A DNA stretch of 64,000 nt, from the NCBI RefSeq assembly GCF_963921235.1, contig NC_086108.1:106270001-106334000 (forward strand). The letters run 5' to 3'. Shown piece by piece: positions 48,575-62,364 of this stretch. The position numbers and the translations under genes are program-made. This stretch comes from Mobula hypostoma. Taxonomy: Eukaryota. Each line of letters opens with the position of its first letter. Position 1 is the stretch's first letter. The notes under the pieces were generated by a model. That model was not told the origin of the DNA. It ran no database searches and was given only the letters and a program-made list of their open reading frames with translations.

Positions 48575-48885
48575 AACACATAGGAACAGAATTAGGCCAA
48601 ACAGCTCATCGAGTCTGCTCTGTCATTCCATCAGGCTGACTTACTATCCATCTCAACTCCATTCTCCTGGCTTCTCCCCGTAACCTTTGAAACCTTACTG
48701 ATTAAGAAACTATCAACCTCTGCTGAAGATACCCAATGACTTGGCTTCCACAGCCAACTGTGTCAATGAATTCCAGTTTCACCGTCCTCTGGATAAAGAT
48801 TTTCCTCCTTATCTCTGTTCTAAAGGGACATCCTTGTATTCTGAAGTTGTCCCCCTGGTCCTAGACTCCTCCACCTGAGCAAATA
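48575..48885 (-). mobile_element. CR1 3' end
   Basis: Similar to 7265-7590. Confidence 0.7.
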
Positions 48886-48934
48886 TCGTCATCTTCTGCC
48901 CAGACACGTTGCTGCCTTCAGAATTCAAATTTCA

Positions 48935-49220
48935 GGCACCACGATAATGTAGCAGTTGTGCAGCGCTTTACAGCTTTGGCGTTCCGGAGTTTGGAGTGCA
49001 ACTCCAGCGCCCTTCTGTACGGAGTCTCTGTATATCCTCCCCGTGGAAAGCGTGTGTTTTCCCAGTGTCCTCCAGTTTCTTCCCATAGCTCTAAGACGTA
49101 CCGGGTAAGTTAATAGGTCATTTAAAATTATCCTGTGATTAGGTTAGGATTATTCAGGGCTGTGAGATTGCTGGGGCACTGTGGCTTGAAGGACTGGTTC
49201 AGAGAGTAAATAAATAAATA
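48935..49220 (+). mobile_element. V-SINE-type SINE
   Basis: tRNA-like head, degenerate V-domain, TAAATAAATAAATA tail. Confidence 0.6.
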
Positions 49221-49513
49221 CATTGCAGATAACCGGCTTTCCATGCTTGTGGCCCACTCTATGGTTAGACTAATTCAGAACTTCTTCCTGCATAGATTCC
49301 ACCTGACTGGCTGATTGTAGCATTTTGCAAAATCACTTTACAGTGCCAACAATCACCGTTATTTCAAAACGGTGTTAGAAATCCATTGATCAGAGATCCC
49401 TCCCACCCAGACCAGGTATGGATGGTAGATTTCCTTCCCTCGAGGACATTAGTGAACCAGCTGGATTTTCACATCTGTTCGAGGGTTTCAAAGTACGAAG
49501 TACAAAATAAATT

Positions 49514-50210
49514 TTGGTGCATTGTTCCCTGAAGATGGAATCTCATGTGGATAGGGTGGTGAAGAAAGCTTTTGGTTTGCTGGTCTTTATTAATCAGAGC
49601 ATTGAGTATAGGAGTTGGGATGTAATGTTGAATTTGTATGAGGCATTGGTGAGGCCAAATCTGGAGTATTGTGTACAGTTCTGGTCACCGAATTATAGGA
49701 AAGATGTCAATAAAATTGAGAGAGTACAGAGGAGGTTTACTAAAATGTTGCCTGGGTTTCATCTCCTAAGTTACAGAGAAAGGTTGAACAAGTTAGGTCT
49801 TTATTCTTTAGAGTGTAGAAGGTTGAGGGGAGACTTGATAGAGGTGTTTAAAATTATGAGGGGGATTGATAGAGTTGACGTGGATAGGCTTTTTCCATTG
49901 AGCGTGGGGAAGATTCAAACAAGAGGTCATGGGTTGAGAATTAGAGGGCAAAAGTTTAGGGGTAACTTGAGGTGGAACTTCTTTACTCAGAGAGTGGTGG
50001 CTGTGTGGAACGATCTTCCAGCAGAAGTGGTTGAGGCAGGTTCGATGTTGTTGTTTAAAGTTGAATTGGATAGATATATGGACAGGAAAGGTGTGGAGGG
50101 TTATGGGCTGAGTGCAGGTCGGTGGGAATAGGATAGGGTAAGAGTTCAGCACGGACTAGAAGGGCCAAGATGGCCTGTTGCTGTGCTGTAATTGTTATAT
50201 GGTTATATAT
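49514..50210 (+). mobile_element. CR1 3' part
   Basis: ORF 49514-50131 (LVRPNLEYCVQFWSP..FFTQRVV). Confidence 0.88.
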
Positions 50211-50709
50211 GTGTGTACCATATGCAACATTGGAATTTATTTTGCCAGTAGTTTCTGGAAATACTCCGTGCTAACCAAGATCATCTACCTGAGCCCAACC
50301 CATCTGCCCCCATTTAACCTGTCTCCCCCTCTTCTCACTGCCACCGTCAGGCAGTAGGTGCAAGAGTCTTGGGTCCCACACCGACAGGTCTGGGAGCAAT
50401 TCCTGCCTGCAGCCATCAGACCCCCGGAGTGGCTTCACTTCCCTCTGTGCTGAACTGACACTGCAGCTGTCGACTCGCTGCTGGGGACTCTGCAGCAAGA
50501 AATAGAAATTCAAATTCTTCCTTGAAACCGAAGAAGTACATTAGGATCTATGAAAAACCAAAGACTAACTAACATCCAATGTGGAAAAGAGGACAAATTC
50601 TGTAAAGACTTAAAAAAATGTAAACAAGCAATAATGAAACTGAGCTGCAGAGTCGGTTCAGTGCTGAGGTGAGTGACATTGCTACAGGAGCCCAATGGCT
50701 GCAGAGTAA

Positions 50710-52760
50710 AGCCTGATTTATACTTCTGCGTCAGCTCGACTCCGTAAGTACTGCGTCACCGCAAACCCTATGCAAAGCCGATGCGGATCCCTACGCCGTA
50801 GCCTGACGCGCACCTCTCCCAAAATGTAACTGCGCGACGCGGCAACGCAGACCGAACGACTGTGATTGGTCTGCTTGGTAGCATCGTATTTCCTCCTAAG
50901 CTGCAATAGCTTCCCATGGGGCGACTGAAGGGCAGGGAAGGAACTCTGGCTGCAATGCTTTCCATGGTCTGCATCCCAGAGTGCTTAAGGAAGTAGCCCA
51001 AGAAATAGTGGATGCATTAGTGATAATTTTTCAAAACTCTTTAGATTCTGGACTAGTTCCTGAGGATTGGAGGGTGGCTAATGTAACCCCACTTTTTAAA
51101 AAAGGAGGGAGAGAGAAACCAGGGAATTGTAGACCGGTTAGCCTAACATCGGTGGTGGGGAAACTGCTAGAGTCAGTTATCAAAGATGTGATAACAGCAC
51201 ATTTGGAAAGCGGTGAAACCATCAGACAAAGTCAGCATGGATTTGTGAAAGGAAAATCATGTCTGACGAATCTCATAGAATTTTTTGAGGATGTAACTAG
51301 TAGAGTGGATAGGGGAGAACCAGTGGATGTGGTATATTTGGATTTTCAAAAGGCTTTTGACAAGGTCCCACACAGGAGATTAGTGTGCAAACTTAAAGCA
51401 CAAGGTATTGGGGGTAAGGTATTGATGTGGATAGAGAATTGGTTGGCAGACAGGAAGCAAAGAGTGGGAATAAACGGGACCTTTTCAGAATGGCAGGCAG
51501 CGACTAGTGGGGTACCGCAAGGCTCAGTGCTGGGACCCCAGTTGTTTACAATATATATTAATGATTTGGATGAGGGAATTAAATGCAGCATCTCCAAGTT
51601 TGCGGATGACATGAAGCTGGGCGGCAGTGTTAGCTGTGAGGAGGATGCTAAGAGAATGCAGGGTGACTTGGATGGGTTAGGTGAGTGGGCAGATGCAATT
51701 TAATGTGGATAAATGTGAACTTATCCACTTTGGTGGCAAAAACAGGAAAACAGATTATTATCTGAATGGTGGCCGATTAGGAAAAGGGGAAGTGCAACGA
51801 GACCTGGGAGTCATTATACACCAGTCATTGAAAGTGGGCATGCAGGTACAGCAGGCGGTGAAAAAGGCAAATGGTATGCTGGCATTTATAGCAAGAGGAT
51901 TCGAGTACAGGAGCAGGGAGGTACTACTGCAGTTGTACAATGCCTTGGTGAGACCACACCTGGAGTATTGTGTGCAGTTTTGGTCCCGTAATCTGAGGAA
52001 AGACATACTTGCCATAGAGGGAGTACAAAGAAGGTTCACCAGATTGATTCCTGGGATGGCAGGACTTTCATATGATGAAAGACTGGATGAACTAGGCTTA
52101 TACTCGTTGGAATTTAGAAGATTGAGGGGGGATCTGATTGAAACATATAAAATCCTAAAGGGATTGGACAGGCTAGATGTAGGAAGATTGTTCCCGATGT
52201 TGGGGAAGTCCAGAACGAGGGGTCACCGTTTGAGGATAAAGGGGAAGCCTTTTAGGACCGAGATTAGGAAAAACTTCTTCACACAGAGAGTGGTGAATCT
52301 GTGGAATTCTCTGCCACAGGAAACAGTTGAGGCCAGTTCATTGGCTATATTTAAGAGGGAGTTAGGTATGGCCCTTGTGGCTAAAGGGGTCAGGGGGTAT
52401 GGAGGGAAGGCTGGTGCAGGGTTCTGAGTTGGATGATCAGCCATGATCATACTGAATGGCAGTGCAGGCTCGAAGGGCCGAATGGCCTACTCCTGCACCT
52501 ATTTTCTATATTTCTAAAGCTTTACAGACCTCCAAAATTATGGAGGACACATTTTGCTTTTACGATAAAAGACGCTCGCTTTAAACTTGTTTACCCCGAG
52601 AAAGACTACCATGACCATGAAGTCCTGCACGGGCAGGTGTGTGTGCATGTGTGACGTGCACGAATTGCAGAGCGACGCAGACACACCAACGCACAAGTAT
52701 AAATGCTCACAATGCGCGTAGTTTACGGCGTCGAGTTGACACAGAAGTTTAAATCAGCCT
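50710..52760. mobile_element. PIF/Harbinger-like MITE containing a nested CR1
   Basis: 38-bp imperfect terminal inverted repeats 50710-50747 and 52723-52760; TAA on both sides (50707-50709, 52761-52763). Confidence 0.8.
50963..52516 (+). mobile_element. Young CR1 LINE, 5'-truncated
   Basis: ORFs 50981-51703 and 51681-52427 ([26 protein letters not shown]). Confidence 0.92.
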
Positions 52761-53559
52761 TAATAACTGCTCCTGAACCTGGCACTCTGGGACTCAGTAC
52801 TCCTGCACCTCCCGCCCAAAGGTAGTAGTGAGAAGAGAGTGAGACAGGTCGAATGCAGGCAGATGGGATTGGCTCAGATTTACCCAGCATGAAATATTTC
52901 CAACAATTATGGAGACATTTTCTTTTATTCCTGATTTGTTTAATTTCCAAAAGTAATTATTTTTCCTTTTGCATGGGTGGGATTTGTAGCCACCTCTGCC
53001 CTAGGTTTAGCTGAGTGATAGGACAAAAATACCTCCATTCTTAGCTTAAATAAGAGAGTTATGTTCACGGTTAAAGAAATTTTATAGAGGCTAGTTAATG
53101 TGTTCCGTGCGGAGACTGCAGAGTGATGAGTGAAAAATCTAATGACCCAAAAACTGCATTTCGAAATACTGGAAATTGAAAACTCAATTGCACCAGTTTG
53201 TCAAGTTTCAGACGTGAGATAATAAGACATTTTAAATTCCTTTGCAACGCTCCTAAACGTTACATTAATCAGGAATAATCACTGAGTTACACTTCAAAGC
53301 TGCTTCTCTCTATGGGTTCATTTCCACTAATGAAAGAAATTACAGAAAAACAGGCCCTGGCATAGGCTTCCAAGTCACTTGAATTGTACTCAGTTATTAT
53401 TATTGGGGACAATCACAAAGCCAAAATGGAATTAACTTTGAAAAATATCTAATCCTTAAGATTACAATCCATCAAACATAGTGCTGTTTCAAGGGTCAAC
53501 TTTATTCGCTGTATACATTTACTGATGTATATTAGGAATTTGCTGTGGGGAGTTATACA

Positions 53560-54030
53560 GTCTTAAAGTACAGCACAGAAACAGGCCCTTCAGCCTATCT
53601 AGTCCATTCCAAAGTCATTCAAATTGCCTACTCCCATCGACCTGCAACAGGATCAGAGCCCTCCATACCCCTCTCGTTCATGTACCTCTCCAAGCATCTC
53701 GTAAATGTTGAAATTGAGCTTGCATGCACCACTTGTACTGGCAGTTTATCCCACACTCTCGTGACCCTCTAAGTGAAGAAGTTTCCTGTCATGCTCCCCT
53801 TAAACTTTTCACTCTTAACCAATGACCTCTGGTTGTAGTCAGTGCATTTACCCTATCTGTACCCCTCATAATTTTGATATCTCTATCAAATCACCTCTCA
53901 ATGTCCTATGTTCCAAGGCGTAAGATATTAACCTATTCAATCTTTTCATACAACTCAAGTCCTACAGACATGGCAACATCCTTGCAAAATCTCTGTACGC
54001 TTTCAAACTTATTTACATCTTTCCTGATTT
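53560..54030 (-). mobile_element. CR1 3' fragment
   Basis: Reverse CR1 C-terminal remnant and tail. Confidence 0.65.
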
Positions 54031-54810
54031 GTGTGTTGGTGTGGCATGCAATAATAAACAATATTCAACATGTATGAATAATTCAAAATTATATGAAATT
54101 AAAGCTAGAGGTTAAAGTACAGATATAGAAAAATGTGCATAAATACATAAATTTCAGCACATATTTACAATGTAAACAGCATTATACAGATGGTTTAAGG
54201 TGTTTACAATGTAGTGACGGGGAGGGGAGCTAACTAGAATTGTTGATCAGATTCACTGCCTGGGGGGAAGAAACTTTTCAGGTGGCGTGAAGTTTTTTTG
54301 TTTCAATAGCCCTATAGTGCTTTCCAGAAGGAAGCTTTTGGCAAAGGCAGTTTGCAGGATGGTTAGTGTTCACAATGATTTTTCCATCCCGCCTCTGTCC
54401 TAGACACACACAAGTCCTGCAGTGAGGGTAGACTGCAGCCAACGACCTTTTCAGCTGGGCTGACAGTTTGCTGTTCTGTGAGATGATGCTGTAGTGGCTG
54501 ATGTGAGGATGATGGCAATATATATTACACAAGTGGCCACAATATTAGGTACATCCTGTTCTTACGAAAGTGGCCACTGACTGTATACTCATGGTCTTCT
54601 CCTGCTGTAGCCCATCCACTTCAAGGTTCAACGTGTTTTGCATTCAGAGATGCTCTTCTGCACACCACTGTTGCAACACATGGTTATTTGAGTTACTGTC
54701 AGTTTGAACTAGACTAGCCAACCTCCTCTGACCTCCCTCATCAACAAGGCATTTTCACCCTCAGAACTGCCGCTCATTGGATGTTTTTTTGTGTTTTTGT
54801 GTTTGGCACC

Positions 54811-56615
54811 ATTTGTCCCCTGCAGACAGAAACAGGTGAATTGATTATGGGGAGCAAGGACATGGCTGACCAATTGAATAATTACTTTGGTTCTGTCTTC
54901 ACTAAGGAGGACATAAATAATCTTCCAGAAATAGTAAGGGACAGAGGGTCCAGTGAGATGGAGGAACTGAGTGAAATACATGTTAGTAGGGAAGTGGTGT
55001 TAGGTAAATTGAAGGGATTAAAGGCAGATAAATCCCCAGGGCCAGATGGTCTGCATCCCAGAATGCTTAAGGAAGTGGCCCAAGAAATAGTGGATGCATT
55101 AGTGATAATTTTTCAAAACTCGTTAGATTCTGGACTAGTTCCTGAGGATTGGAGGGTGGCTAATGTAACCCCACTTTTTAAAAAAGGAGGGAGAGAGAAA
55201 CCGGGGAATTATAGACCGGTTAGCCTAACGTCGGTGGTGGGGAAACTGCTGGAGTCAGTTATCAAGGATGTGATAACAGCACATCTGGAAAGCGGTGAAA
55301 TCATCGGACAAAGTCAGCATGGATTTGTGAAAGGAAAATCATGTCTAACGAATCTCATAGAATTTTTTGAGGATGTAACTAGTAGAGTGGATAGGGGAGA
55401 ACCAGTGGATGTGGTATATTTGGATTTTCAAAAGGCTTTTGACAAGGTCCCACACAGGAGATTAGTGTGCAAACTTAAAGCACACGGTATTGGGGGTAAG
55501 GTATTGATGTGGGTGGAGAATTGGTTAGCAGACAGGAAGCAAAGAGTGGGAATAAACGGGACCTTTTCAGAATGGCAGGCGGTGACTAGTGGGGTACCGC
55601 AAGGCTCAGTGCTGGGACACCAGTTGTTTACAATATATATTAATGACTTGGATGAGGGAATTAAATGCAGCATCTCCAAGTTTGCGGATGACACGAAGCT
55701 GGGCGGCAGTGTTAGCAGTGAGGAGGATGCTAAGAGGATGCAGGGTGACTTGGATAGGTTGGGTGAGTGGGCAAATTCATGGCAGATGCAATTTAATGTG
55801 GATAAATGTGAAGTTATCCACTTTGGTGGCAAAAATAGGAAAACAGATTATTATCTGAATGGTGGCCGATTAGGAAAAGGGGAGGTGCAAAGAGACCTGG
55901 GTGTCATTATACACCAGTCATTGAAAGTGGGCATGCAGGTACAGCAGCCGGTGAAAAAGGCAAATGGTATGCTGGCATTTATAGCGAGAGGATTCGAGTA
56001 CAGGAGCAGGGAGGTACTACTGCAGTTGTACAAGGCCTTGGTGAGACCACACCTGGAGTATTGTGTGCAGTTTTGGTCCCCTAATCTGAGGAAAGACATC
56101 TTGCCATAGAGGGAGTACAAAGAAGGTTCACCAGATTGATTCCTGGGATGGCAGGACTTTCATATGAAGAAAGACTGGATGAACTGGGCTTGTACTCGTT
56201 GGAATTTAGAAGATTGAGGGGGGATCTGATTGAAACGTATAAGATCCTAAAGGGATTGGACAGGCTAGATGCAGGAAGATTGTTCCCGATGTTGGAGAAG
56301 TCCAGAACGAGGGGTCACAGTTTGAGGATAAAGGGGAAGCCTTTTAGGACCGAGATTAGGAAAAATTTCTTCACACAGAGAGTGGTGAATCTGTGGAATT
56401 CTCTGCCACAGCAAACTGTTGAGGCCAGTTCATTGGCTATGTTTAAGAGGGAGTTAGATATGGCCCTTGTGGCTACAGGGGTCAGGGGGTATGGAGGGAA
56501 GGCTGGGGCGGGGTTCTGAGTTGGATGATCAGCCATGATCATAATAAATGGCGGTGCAGGCTCGAAGGGCCGAATGGCCTACTCCTGCACCTATTTTCTA
56601 TGTTTTCTATGTTTC
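54811..56615 (+). mobile_element. Young CR1 LINE, 5'-truncated
   Basis: ORF 54781-56109 with full RT core; frameshifted C-terminus 56136-56519; TTCTATG tail. Confidence 0.93.
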
Positions 56616-56833
56616 TCTGTAAACTCTGGAGATAGTTGTGTGTGAAAATACCAGGATATGCAGTATCTGAGACACTCAAATCACCCTATCTGGCACCAAC
56701 AATTATTCCACAGTCATTCAGATCTCATTTCTTCCCCATTCTGATGTTTGATTTGAACAGCAACTGAACTTCCTGACTATGTCTGCATGCTTTTCGGCAT
56801 TGAGTTGCTGCCACATGATTGGCTATTAGATAG

Positions 56834-57505
56834 GTGAGGAAGGCAAATGCCATGTTAGCATTCATTTCAAGAGGTCTAGAATAGAAGAGCGAGGATGTGA
56901 TGCTGAGGCATTGTAAGACACTGGTGAGGCCTCACCTTCTGTATTGTGAACAGTTTTGGACCCCTCATCTTAGAAAAGATGTGCTGGTATTGGAGAGGAT
57001 CCTGAGGAGGTTCACAAGGATGATTCCAGTAATGAAAGGATTATCATACTAGGAATTTTTGATGGCTCTGAGTGTGGACCTCCTGGAATTTAGAAGGATG
57101 AGGGGGGATCTCATTGAAACCTTTCAATTGTTGAAAGGCCTTGACAGAGTAGATGTAGAAAGGATGCTTTCCATGGTGGGAGAGTCTAGAACAAGAGGGC
57201 ACAGCCTCACGATAGAGGGGCGCCCTTTCAAAATAAGGATGCAGAGAATTTCCTTCAGCTAAAGGGTGGTGAATTTGTGAAATATGTTGCCACATGCAGC
57301 TGTGGAGGCCAGGTTGTTGGGTGTATTTAAGGCAGAGATTGATAGGTTCTCGATTGGACATCGCATCAAAGGTTACAGGGAGAAGGTCAGGAACTGGGGT
57401 TGAGGAGGAGATAGAAGAAAAGAATCAGCCATGATTTAATGGTGGAGCAGACTCAATGGGCCAGATGGCCTAATTCTGCTCCTGTGTGCTATGGTCTTAT
57501 GGTTT
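56834..57505 (+). mobile_element. CR1 3' part
   Basis: RKANAMLAFISRG..EFRRMRGDLIETF plus 3'UTR. Confidence 0.82.
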
Positions 57506-57734
57506 TATATTTGCATTAACAAGTAGTTATAGAAGTGTACCTAATAAAGTGCCCACTGAGTGTAGAATTGCATTTGTATGTTCTGGGAAAGATGGAATTT
57601 TAACAACTGTTGCAAGTTTTTCCTCTAAAGTGGGCAAAAGGCTGCAGATAATGGAAATTTGAAATAACACCAGAAGATGTAAGAGGTACTTCATGAGGAG
57701 CTTGAGATTTGGAACTGCATGTCAACAAAGACTC

Positions 57735-58175
57735 TAGCAAATCTCTACAGATTTACTGTGGAGAGCATTCAGTCTGGCATGTAGGCTTCAATGCGTAAGA
57801 TTAAAAGAGACTGAAGAGTGTTGTGAACTCAGCCCGCTCCAACACGGGCAGCAGCCTCCTGACCATCAAGGACATCTTCAAATGGTGATGCTTTAAAGAG
57901 ATGGCATCCATCACTAAGAACCCTCACTCTGCTATACATGTCCTCTTCCGATTACTACAGGGAGGAGGTACAGGAGCTTGAAGGCGCACACTCAATGTTT
58001 TAGGAACATTTTTGTTCCCTCTGTCATCAGTTTTCTGAATGGCCCGTAAATCTATAAAAACTATTTCATTATTTCTCTTTTAAACTATTTATTTATTTTA
58101 TTGTTAATGTAACATGGATTTTTTTATCTCTTGCACTGACTGTACTGCTGCCATAAAACAACAAGTTTGACAACA
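57735..58175 (+). mobile_element. Old Rex1-like 3' fragment
   Basis: LYRFTVESI..GRRYRSLKAHT remnant. Confidence 0.6.
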
Positions 58176-58349
58176 TATTGGGGTCCACGTCTGTAGATCC
58201 TTCTGTTAAGAAGACGTATGCTGTGTTGCCTTCACTAGTCAGGGGAATGACTTCAAAAGCCATGGGGCAATGTTGCAGCTCTATAAAACCCTGGTTAGAC
58301 CACACTTCAGAGATTGTGTTCAGTTCTGATCACCTTAATGTAAGAATAT

Positions 58350-58507
58350 TGGGGCAACATGGTAGAGTAGAGGTTAGCACAATCCTTTCCAGTACGGGTG
58401 ACCCAGGTTCAATTCCCACCACTGCCTGTAAAGAGTTTGTATGTTCTACCCGTGTCTGCGTGGGTTTCCTCTGGGTGCCCTGGTTTCCTTCCACTGTCCA
58501 AAGATGT
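58350..58507 (+). mobile_element. V-SINE-type SINE
   Basis: GGTTCAATTCC B-box and TGTTCTACCCGTGTCTGCGTGGGTTTCCTCTGGGTG core. Confidence 0.7.
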
Positions 58508-58510
58508 ATT

Positions 58511-60030
58511 GGATGAGGTATACCCCAGACCACTGTGGGAAGCGAGGGAGGAGATTGCTGAGCCTCTGGTGATGATCTTTGCATCATCAATAGGGATGGG
58601 AGAAATACCAGAGGACTGGAAGGTTGAAAACGTTGTTCCCTTGTTCAAGAAAGGGAATAGAGATAACCCAAGAAATTATAGACCAGTGAGTCTCACTTCA
58701 GTGGTGGGCAAGTTCTTGGCAAAGATCCTGAAAGGCAGGATTTATGAACATTTGGAGTGACATAATCTATTTAGGGATAGTCAGCATGGCTTCATCAAGG
58801 GCAGGTCATGCCTTTTGAACTTGATTGAATTCTTTGAGGATGTAACAAAACACATTGATGAAGGTAGAGTAGTAAATGTAGTGTATATAGATTTCAGTAA
58901 GGCATTTGATAAGGTTCTCCATGTGAGGCATGGGATCTAAGGAGACCTTGCTTTGTGGATCCAGAATTAGTTTATCCACAGAAGGCAAAGAGTGGTTGTG
59001 GATGGTTCATGTTCTGCATGGAGGATGGTGACCAGTGGTGTTCGACAGGGACCTGCTCAGGGACCCCTCCTCTTTGTGATTTTTATAAATGACCTGAATA
59101 AAGAAATAAGAGGGTGGGTCAGTAAGTTTGCTGACGATACAAAAGTTGGAGGTGTTGTGGATAGTCTGGAGGGTTGCCAGAGGTTACAGTGTGACATCAA
59201 TAGGATGCAGAACTGGGCTGAGAAATAGCAGATGGAGTTCAACTCAGGTAAGTGTGAAGTGGTTCATTTTGGTAAGCCAAATTTGAAGACAGAGTATAAT
59301 ATTGATGGGAAGACTCTTGGCAGTGTGGAGGATCAGCGATATCTTGGGATCAGTGTCCATAGGAACATCAAAGCTGCTGCACAGGTTGACAGTGTTGTTA
59401 GGAAGGTGTATGGCGCGTTGGCATTCATGAACCGTGGGATTGAATTCAAAAGCCGTGAGGTAATGTTACAGCTATTCAAGACCTTAGTTAGACCCCACTT
59501 GGAGTACTGTGTTCGGATCTGGTCACCTCACTACAGGAAGGATGTGGCTACTATAGAAAGGGTGCAGAGGAGATTTACATGGGTGTTGCCCGGATTGGAG
59601 ATTATGTCATGTTATGTCATGAGGATATGTTGAACAAACTTGGCCTTTTCTCCTTGGAGCAATGGAGGATGCGAGGTGACCTGATGGAGGTATATAAGAT
59701 GAAGAGAAGCATTGATCATGAGGCTTTTTCCAGGGCTGAAATAGCTAACATGAGGGGGTATAGTTTTATGGTGCTTGGAAGTAAGTACAAGGGGGATGTC
59801 AGAGGTAAGTTTTTCACACAGAGTGGTGGGTGCGTGGAATGCACAGCCTGTGAAGGTGGTAGAGGCGAATACAGTAGGATCTTTTAACAGACTTAGATTG
59901 GTACATGGAACTTAGAAAAATAGAAGGCTATGCAGAAGGGAAATTCTAGGCAGTTTCTAGAGTAGGTTACATGGTTGGCACAACATTGTGGGCCAAAGGG
60001 TCTGTAATGTGCTGTAGATCTCTATGTTTC
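58511..60030 (+). mobile_element. Degenerate CR1 RT-to-3' region
   Basis: ORFs 58398-58760, 58992-59228 (FADDTK) and 59232-59633. Confidence 0.85.
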
Positions 60031-60994
60031 TCTGGTTGGTAGGTTAATTGGTCATTGTAATTGTCAGATTAAATAGGGGGATTGTTGGGCAGCCTGGATT
60101 AAATGGACAGAAAGGCCTGTTCCATACTGATTCTCAAGATAGAAAGAAAGAAATGAGGATCTGGAACCTTTTCAGAGGAGATTTATCAGGATGCTGCCTT
60201 GCTACGTTGAGTAAGCTAAGGGTTTTCCTTTGGAGCAAAGGAAGATGAAAGGTGACATGAGCAAGGGGAACAAGATGATAAAGAGACACAAGTAGACAGC
60301 CAGATTTTTTTTCCCAGGGCAGAAATAGCTACAAGAGGGTGATTGGAGGAAAATGCAGGAAGGATGCCAGAGGTACAATGGGTTCTTTACACAGAGAGTG
60401 GTGGGTGTGTGGAATGCCTCGCCTGGGGTGGTGGTAGAGGCTTATACGTCAGGGGTATTTAGGTATCTGTTAGGGAGGCACACAGATGATAGGAAAATGG
60501 AGGGGTATGTCAGATTTAGAGTAGGTGCTGTTTTAAGTTTCATGTTCTATTTTCTGTATGTGAGGATATTAGGTAATACAGAATTTTTTCATCAGAACCC
60601 ATTGACCCAGAGGTGTTCTTCTGGGTCGATGTGCCCTGATGAAAGTGTTCTATACCAATAATGTGCATATTTTTCTGCCTTCAACAATTGTCATCAAGGC
60701 ACCACAACAATTTGGTCCTGTGCCATATTGCACATTAACTCCGATCATTTGTTATGTACATTTTACTGATCAAATGCAGGGTTTCATGTAATCTATCCAA
60801 GACCCTGCCTGTAGAGATTAAGGAGACTTAATTCTTTTGATTCAGGCAGTGTCAGTGAGTCTAAGGAACAGTTTTCATTTCTCATGCAATATCCCACATT
60901 AGTGCATTCAAAAAGGACAAATTCCTACCCTTTTTAAGTTTGACTTCATCTTCTTCCCCTGTCATAAGGATAGAGATGATAAAGTCAAAGAATT

Positions 60995-61610
60995 ATAGAA
61001 CACTGCAGCAGAAAACAGGCCCTTCAGCCCATCTGAACTATTATTCTGCCTAGCCCCATCGAGCTGCACCTGGACCATATCCTTGCATATTCCCCCCACC
61101 CATGTGCTTATCCAATTTATTAATAAACGTTGAAACTGAACCAGCTTCCATCACTTCCACTGGTAGATTGTTCCACATAATCAACACCCTCTGAGTGAAG
61201 TTCCCCCACATAATCCTCTTAAACATTTCACTTTTCACCCTTAACTCATGAACTCTATTTCTAGTCTCACACAAACTCAGTGGAAAAGGTCTGCTTTCAG
61301 TTACCCATCATAATTTTGTATACCTCTACCAAATCTCCCCTCATTCTCATAAACTCCTGAGAATAAAGTCCTAATCTATTCAACCTTTCCCTATAGGTCA
61401 GATCCTCAAGTCTTGGCAACATCCCTGTAAACTTTCTTTCCACTTTTTCAGCCTTATTGATATCTTTCCTTAATGGCAGTGACTAGAAACGCACACTGTA
61501 CTTCAAATTAGGCCTCACCAATGTGTTATACGATTTCAACATGACATTGCAACTCCTTTCTGCAATATTTTTATTTAGGAAGGCCAAGCCAACGTGAAAT
61601 CTTTTTGTCT
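60995..61610 (-). mobile_element. CR1 3' fragment
   Basis: ORFs 61050-61274 and 61483-61674. Confidence 0.72.
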
Positions 61611-61887
61611 GCCTTCTTAGAACAAACAAACTTACAAACAAAGCAGAGACTACTTCATTCATAAAATGAATCACTGCCTCCTCAGTTTCTGCCCTTGGCT
61701 ACATAAGTCGATGGACATCATTCCTTTGGTTAAAGTTGAAGTAGGAAGTATTTGTCACAAGAGAGGGATTATACTGACGAATGACAGGGAATGCACCATT
61801 GCTAAAGTCATGGATGCATCATATCTGACAGGAAACTATCGATGTATGATCAGGGTTAAGTACATAAAAAAGACATTTGGGTTCTTT

Positions 61888-62355
61888 AAACACAAGAAAA
61901 TCTGATGCTGGAAATCCAGAGCAATACACACACAATGCTGGAGCAACTCAGCAGGTCAAGCACCATTTCAGGCCGAGACACTTCATCAGGAATGGAAAAG
62001 GAGGGGGAAGGAGCCAGAATAAGAAAGTCAGGGGGGAGAGGAAGTAGAAGAAGCTGGAAGGTGAGTGGTAAGCCAGGTGTGTAGGTTAGGGGCGAATGAA
62101 GTAAAGTGATAGGTGGAAAAGGCGAAGGGCTGAAGAAGAAGGAATCTGACGAGAGAGCAGAGTGGACCGTGGGAGAAAGGGAAGGAGAACGGGCACCTGA
62201 GGGATGTGATTGGCAGGTGAGGAGAAGAGTAAAGGTAAGAGTGGAGACAGAAAGGGGAATGGAAGAAGGGGGAGAGGAGGAAAAATTACCAGAAGTTGGA
62301 GAAATCAAAGTTCATGCCATCAGTTTGGAGGATAGCCAGATGGAATATCAGGTAG
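61888..62355 (-). mobile_element. Penelope-like 3' fragment (GIY-YIG C-terminus, UTR, pseudo-LTR)
   Basis: Reverse GMN..FSNF ORF end and degenerate hammerhead ~61965-61992. Confidence 0.75.
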
Positions 62356-62364
62356 CTTAAGATC

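Larger units (their letters stand above)
54528..57562 (-). mobile_element. Tc1-like element with two nested CR1s
   Basis: Ends CACAAGTGGCCACAATATTAGGTACA / TGTACCTAATAAAGTGCCCACTGAGTG flanked by TA; internal pieces ~54585-54810, 56615-56833 and 57507-57535 co-linear with 47110-47575. Confidence 0.75.

Noticed and set aside
58350..58420. tRNA genes at B-box-like motifs
   Set aside because: They are SINE heads followed by V-domain cores; no complete cloverleaf
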